Below are positions 60,902-64,000 of a stretch of DNA of 64,000 nucleotides, one piece after another. The stretch is from an uncultured Gemmatimonadales bacterium (GTDB taxonomy: Bacteria; Gemmatimonadota; Gemmatimonadetes; Longimicrobiales; RSA9), in the NCBI GenBank assembly GCA_963728445.1, contig CAVSJO010000006.1:1279138-1343137 (forward strand), read 5' to 3'. The position numbers were made by a program, and so were the translations under genes. The first letter of the stretch is position 1. Every line of letters starts with the position of its first letter. A model generated the notes under the pieces. That model was not told where the DNA came from, did not search any database, and worked only from the letters and a program-made list of their open reading frames with translations.

Positions 60902-62692
60902 ATGAGAGGGCGACGGCTTTTTGTTGCGGGGCTGCTGCTGGTTGCGGGCGCTTCGGGGGCGTCACGGGTGTCGGGGCAGGGGACCCGGTTCGAGGTGAGC
61001 TATCCCGCGGCGCGGTCGGCGGGGCCGCTGGACGGGCGGCTGCTGCTCCTCCTTTCGACCGACGCGTCGGCGGAGCCGCGCTTCCAGGTCTCGGACGACG
61101 CGAGCAGTCAGCTCGTGTTCGGAATGGACGTGGAAGGATGGCGACCGGGGCAGACGATCGTCTTCCCGGACACCGCCGTCGGCTCCCCGCTGGAGACGCT
61201 CGCCTCGCTTCCGACGGGCACGTACCGCATGCAGGTTCTGCTCAATCGCTACGAGACGTTCCGGCTGAAGGACGGGCGGGTGCTGAAGCTGCCGCCGGAC
61301 CGTGGCGAGGGGCAGCAGTGGAACCGGAAGCCGGGCAACCTCTACAGCCCCGTGGCCGTCGTGCGGGTCCGGGGCGGGTCGGCGGCGGGTGAAGGCGGCA
61401 ACGCCGGCACCGGCGGCACCGACGTCGACCGCGGCGGCGACGTCGCCAGCGCCAGTCTGACGGAGGAGATCCAGCCCATCCCGGACGCACCGGAGACGGA
61501 GTGGATCAAGCACGTGCGCGTCCGCTCGAAGCTGCTCTCCGACTTCTGGGGGCGGGACATGTACCTGGGCGCGTGGGTGCTGCTGCCGAAGGGCTTCGCC
61601 GAACACCCGGACGCGCGCTACCCCATTGCCGTGTTCCACGGCCACTTCCCGCACGAGTTCGACGGCTGGCGTGCCACGCCGCCGGACATGACCACGCCGT
61701 GCGTCTACAGCGAGCGCTTCCGCCTGGACTGCTACAATCACGTTCAGGACAGCATGGCATACGAGCTCTTCAAGGACTGGAACGCGCCGGATTTCCCGCG
61801 CATGCTGGTCGTCCAGATCCAGCACGCGAACCCGTACTACGATGACTCCTACGCCGTGAACTCGGCCAACCTCGGCCCCTACGGCGACGCCATCAACCGC
61901 GAGCTGATCCCCGAGATCGAGCGCCGTTTCCGCGGCCTCGGCACCGGCTGGTCCCGATTCCTCTACGGCGGCTCGACGGGCGGCTGGGAGGCGCTGGCCG
62001 TTCAGCTCTTCTATCCCGACGACTACAACGGCACGTGGGCGGCGTGCCCCGACCCCATCGACTTCCGCGCGTTCACCGTCGTCGACCTGTACGCGGACAC
62101 GAACGCCTACCATCTGGACAGCACCTGGCGTAGCACGCCCCGGCCCGGGCGCCGCGACTGGCTCGGACACGTGCTTACCACGCTGAAGGAGACCAACCAG
62201 CTCGAGCTGGCCCTCGGCACCCGCACCCGCTCAGGGCAGCAGTGGGACATCTGGGAGGCCGTCTTCTCGCCCGTCGGTCCCGACGGCTATCCCGCCCGCA
62301 TCTGGGACAAGAAGACCGGACACATCGATCCGGATGTGGCGAACTACTGGAGGGAACACTACGACCTCGGCCACATGCTCGAGACGCAGTGGGCGACGCT
62401 GGGCCCGAAGCTCGCCGGCACGATCCACATCTACGCCGGCGACATGGACAACTACTACCTGAACGACGCCGTGTACATGGTCCAGGACGTCCTCGAGAAC
62501 ACCCGGGGCCCGGGCTACGGCGGGGAAGTGGACTACGGGGATCGGGCCGAGCACTGCTGGAACGGCGATCACACCCGCCCGAACGCCCTCAGCCGCCTGC
62601 GCTACATCCAGATGTTCGCGCCCCGCATCGTCGAGCGCATCCGGGCGACGGCGCCGCCGGGCGCCGATACGACGAGCTGGAGATACCGATAG
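60902..62692 (+). CDS. Secreted alpha/beta-hydrolase (putative esterase family)
   Basis: GGAGAGGATC RBS; signal peptide; GGSTGG nucleophile elbow. Confidence 0.75.
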   Translation: MRGRRLFVAGLLLVAGASGASRVSGQGTRFEVSYPAARSAGPLDGRLLLLLSTDASAEPRFQVSDDASSQLVFGMDVEGWRPGQTIVFPDTAVGSPLETLASLPTGTYRMQVLLNRYETFRLKDGRVLKLPPDRGEGQQWNRKPGNLYSPVAVVRVRGGSAAGEGGNAGTGGTDVDRGGDVASASLTEEIQPIPDAPETEWIKHVRVRSKLLSDFWGRDMYLGAWVLLPKGFAEHPDARYPIAVFHGHFPHEFDGWRATPPDMTTPCVYSERFRLDCYNHVQDSMAYELFKDWNAPDFPRMLVVQIQHANPYYDDSYAVNSANLGPYGDAINRELIPEIERRFRGLGTGWSRFLYGGSTGGWEALAVQLFYPDDYNGTWAACPDPIDFRAFTVVDLYADTNAYHLDSTWRSTPRPGRRDWLGHVLTTLKETNQLELALGTRTRSGQQWDIWEAVFSPVGPDGYPARIWDKKTGHIDPDVANYWREHYDLGHMLETQWATLGPKLAGTIHIYAGDMDNYYLNDAVYMVQDVLENTRGPGYGGEVDYGDRAEHCWNGDHTRPNALSRLRYIQMFAPRIVERIRATAPPGADTTSWRYR

Positions 62693-62880
62693 GGGCCGCG
62701 GGCGCAACGCGCCCGCGGGGCACCGGCGGCAGGGCCGCCGGGGCACGGCGCCTCCGGCGCCGGGCACCGCCCTTCGGGCGGGGCACCGCCTGCGGCGGGG
62801 GTTCCGCCCTGCGGGCGGGGACACTAAACGCTCGCTTCGCTTCGCGGGTTCCGCCCTTCGGGCGGGGGGATCAGCGGGGT
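62693..62880 (+). repeat. Copy 2 of the ~190-bp GC-rich element, direct repeat of 60689-60895
   Basis: Direct sequence comparison. Confidence 0.8.
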
Positions 62881-63002
62881 GGGGCGGACCGTGCGCGTAG
62901 CGCGGCGCGGAGGCCGATGGCCGAGGCGGCGATGATGAGCAGGAAGCCGATCAGGATCCCGCCCGGCGCGTCGTCGTAGTTCGCATAGACGGCAAAGGCT
63001 CC

Positions 63003-63092
63003 GCCCCCGCCCCAGCCCCCGCCCCAGCCCCAGCCCCAGCCCGAACCCTCAGCCTAAGCCTCAGCCTCAGCCTCAGCCTCAGCCTCAGTACC
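63003..63092. repeat. Microsatellite: (CCCCAG/CCCAGC)n followed by (TCAGCC)6
   Basis: Direct reading; the same GGCTGA/TCAGCC hexamer is expanded inside carB. Confidence 0.85.
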
Positions 63093-64000
63093 CTCTCGGC
63101 TGCCCGTCATGTCGCGGGTCCGAGACGGCCACCCAGTGGTCTCCCTCTCTTGCCACCAGGTACAGCCGGGCGTAGCCGAACGATTCGGGCACGGGGCGCC
63201 AGCCCATGGCGCGGATGCCGGCCAGGAGGTCGGGGGTGAAGCCGTGCTCGAGCTGCACCTCGGGGCGGCGGTCGTCGGGATAGATGCGCGGCATCCGCAC
63301 GGCCTCCAGCGGGTCCATCCCGTAGTCCAGGATGTAGACCATGACCTGGGCGATCTCGGTGGGGATCCGGCCGCCCCCCGGCGCTCCGATGACGAGCTTC
63401 ACGTCGTCGTGGTCGAGGACGATCGTCGGAGAGATCGTGGAATTGCGGGTCCGCCACGTGGTCGTGGCCGGCATGGCACCCACGGAGTCGCGCCAGAGGT
63501 AGCCCGAGTCGTTGAGGAAGAAGCCTTTTACCCAGGCGCCGGACCCGAACACGTCGCTGTTGGTCTGCGTGAGGGCGACGGCGTTGCCGTCGGCGTCGAC
63601 GATGGACATGTGCGTCGTCTCGCCTGCGTGCGGCGGCTTCGGATCCTGCACGTCGTCGGAATCCGCGCCCCCCTGACGTGACCCGCCCTGCGCCGCATAC
63701 GGATCAAGGGCCCGGCAATCGGCCGGCACGTCCGCCCGGACCGAATCCGCCGCGCCCCTCTCGATGCGGGCCGGGACATTCCCGCTCGCAACGAGGCCGC
63801 GCCGCCGCTCGGCGTAGGCGCCGGAGGCGATGGTGGCGGCGGGCACGGCGGCCCACCGGGGGTCGTCGTTCCACTGGGCGTCGGCCTGGCCGACGCGGAG
63901 GGCGGAGGCGAGGGCGTCGAAGGCCTTCGGCGACTGCGTAGGCAGCCCAAGGGCCGACAGCCGGATAGGCTCGAGCAGCTCCAGCGTCTCCAGCACCTGC
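63085..64000 (-). CDS. ggt: Gamma-glutamyltransferase, C-terminal portion; the gene continues beyond the window
   Basis: Autoprocessing site TTHMSIVD; small-subunit motifs SPTIV and GAPGGGRI. Confidence 0.85.
   Translation of the reverse strand, partial: QVLETLELLEPIRLSALGLPTQSPKAFDALASALRVGQADAQWNDDPRWAAVPAATIASGAYAERRRGLVASGNVPARIERGAADSVRADVPADCRALDPYAAQGGSRQGGADSDDVQDPKPPHAGETTHMSIVDADGNAVALTQTNSDVFGSGAWVKGFFLNDSGYLWRDSVGAMPATTTWRTRNSTISPTIVLDHDDVKLVIGAPGGGRIPTEIAQVMVYILDYGMDPLEAVRMPRIYPDDRRPEVQLEHGFTPDLLAGIRAMGWRPVPESFGYARLYLVAREGDHWVAVSDPRHDGQPRGY

Noticed and set aside
62881-63002. Minus-strand ORF encoding a GW-repeat plus TM peptide after the microsatellite
   Set aside because: The frame runs through the repeat element and the microsatellite, and there is no RBS. 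It is most likely non-coding.

Overview
This is a high-GC (~68-70%) bacterial chromosomal window and it is mostly housekeeping genes. Protein motifs such as the RRVFRVAGTYV membrane anchor, the ECF sigma/Ser-Thr kinase pair and YVTN propellers suggest Gemmatimonadota/Acidobacteria, but that is inference only. Many of the long six-frame ORFs are antisense artefacts of GC-rich DNA, so I called genes by GC3 codon bias, recognisable families and start-codon context. All family assignments below are from motif recall alone; no search could be run.

Recognisable genes, in order:
- S9 peptidase and a D-TA/DSD1-type PLP enzyme (overlapping operon)
- tRNA-Ala(TGC)
- orphan PAS sensor histidine kinase
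- glycerate kinase, glycyl-tRNA synthetase, NSS transporter
- a translationally coupled four-gene operon ending in a PolX/PHP DNA polymerase
- nth (endonuclease III), a YyaL-type thioredoxin-domain protein, DJ-1/PfpI, a SAM methyltransferase, an HD hydrolase
- cytochrome c peroxidase with a DUF2231 protein, a LuxR regulator, a PepSY protein
- a TPR protein interrupted by an in-frame TGA
- an NfeD-flotillin pair
- a type-II P-type ATPase divergent from a His-rich outer-membrane protein
- a tryptophanase-like lyase coupled to argR
- a large Ig-domain lipoprotein
- a Ser/Thr kinase pseudogene next to an intact ECF sigma-kinase-TPR pair
- argG-argH-carB, DoxX, Yip1, a DUF5916-type OMP, an esterase, and a partial gamma-glutamyltransferase

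The features that stand out are repeats rather than a canonical defence or mobile system. There is a ~190-bp hairpin-dense GC-rich element in three copies, two of which directly bracket the esterase gene. A family of 13-14-bp tandem repeats (CTCGCCCGCAGTA-like) forms a large opposed double array after argR and smaller arrays before argG and nth. In-frame hexanucleotide microsatellites sit inside carB and argG. A perfect ARG-box-like palindrome lies upstream of argG. I found no CRISPR array, integrase, transposase or toxin-antitoxin pair.
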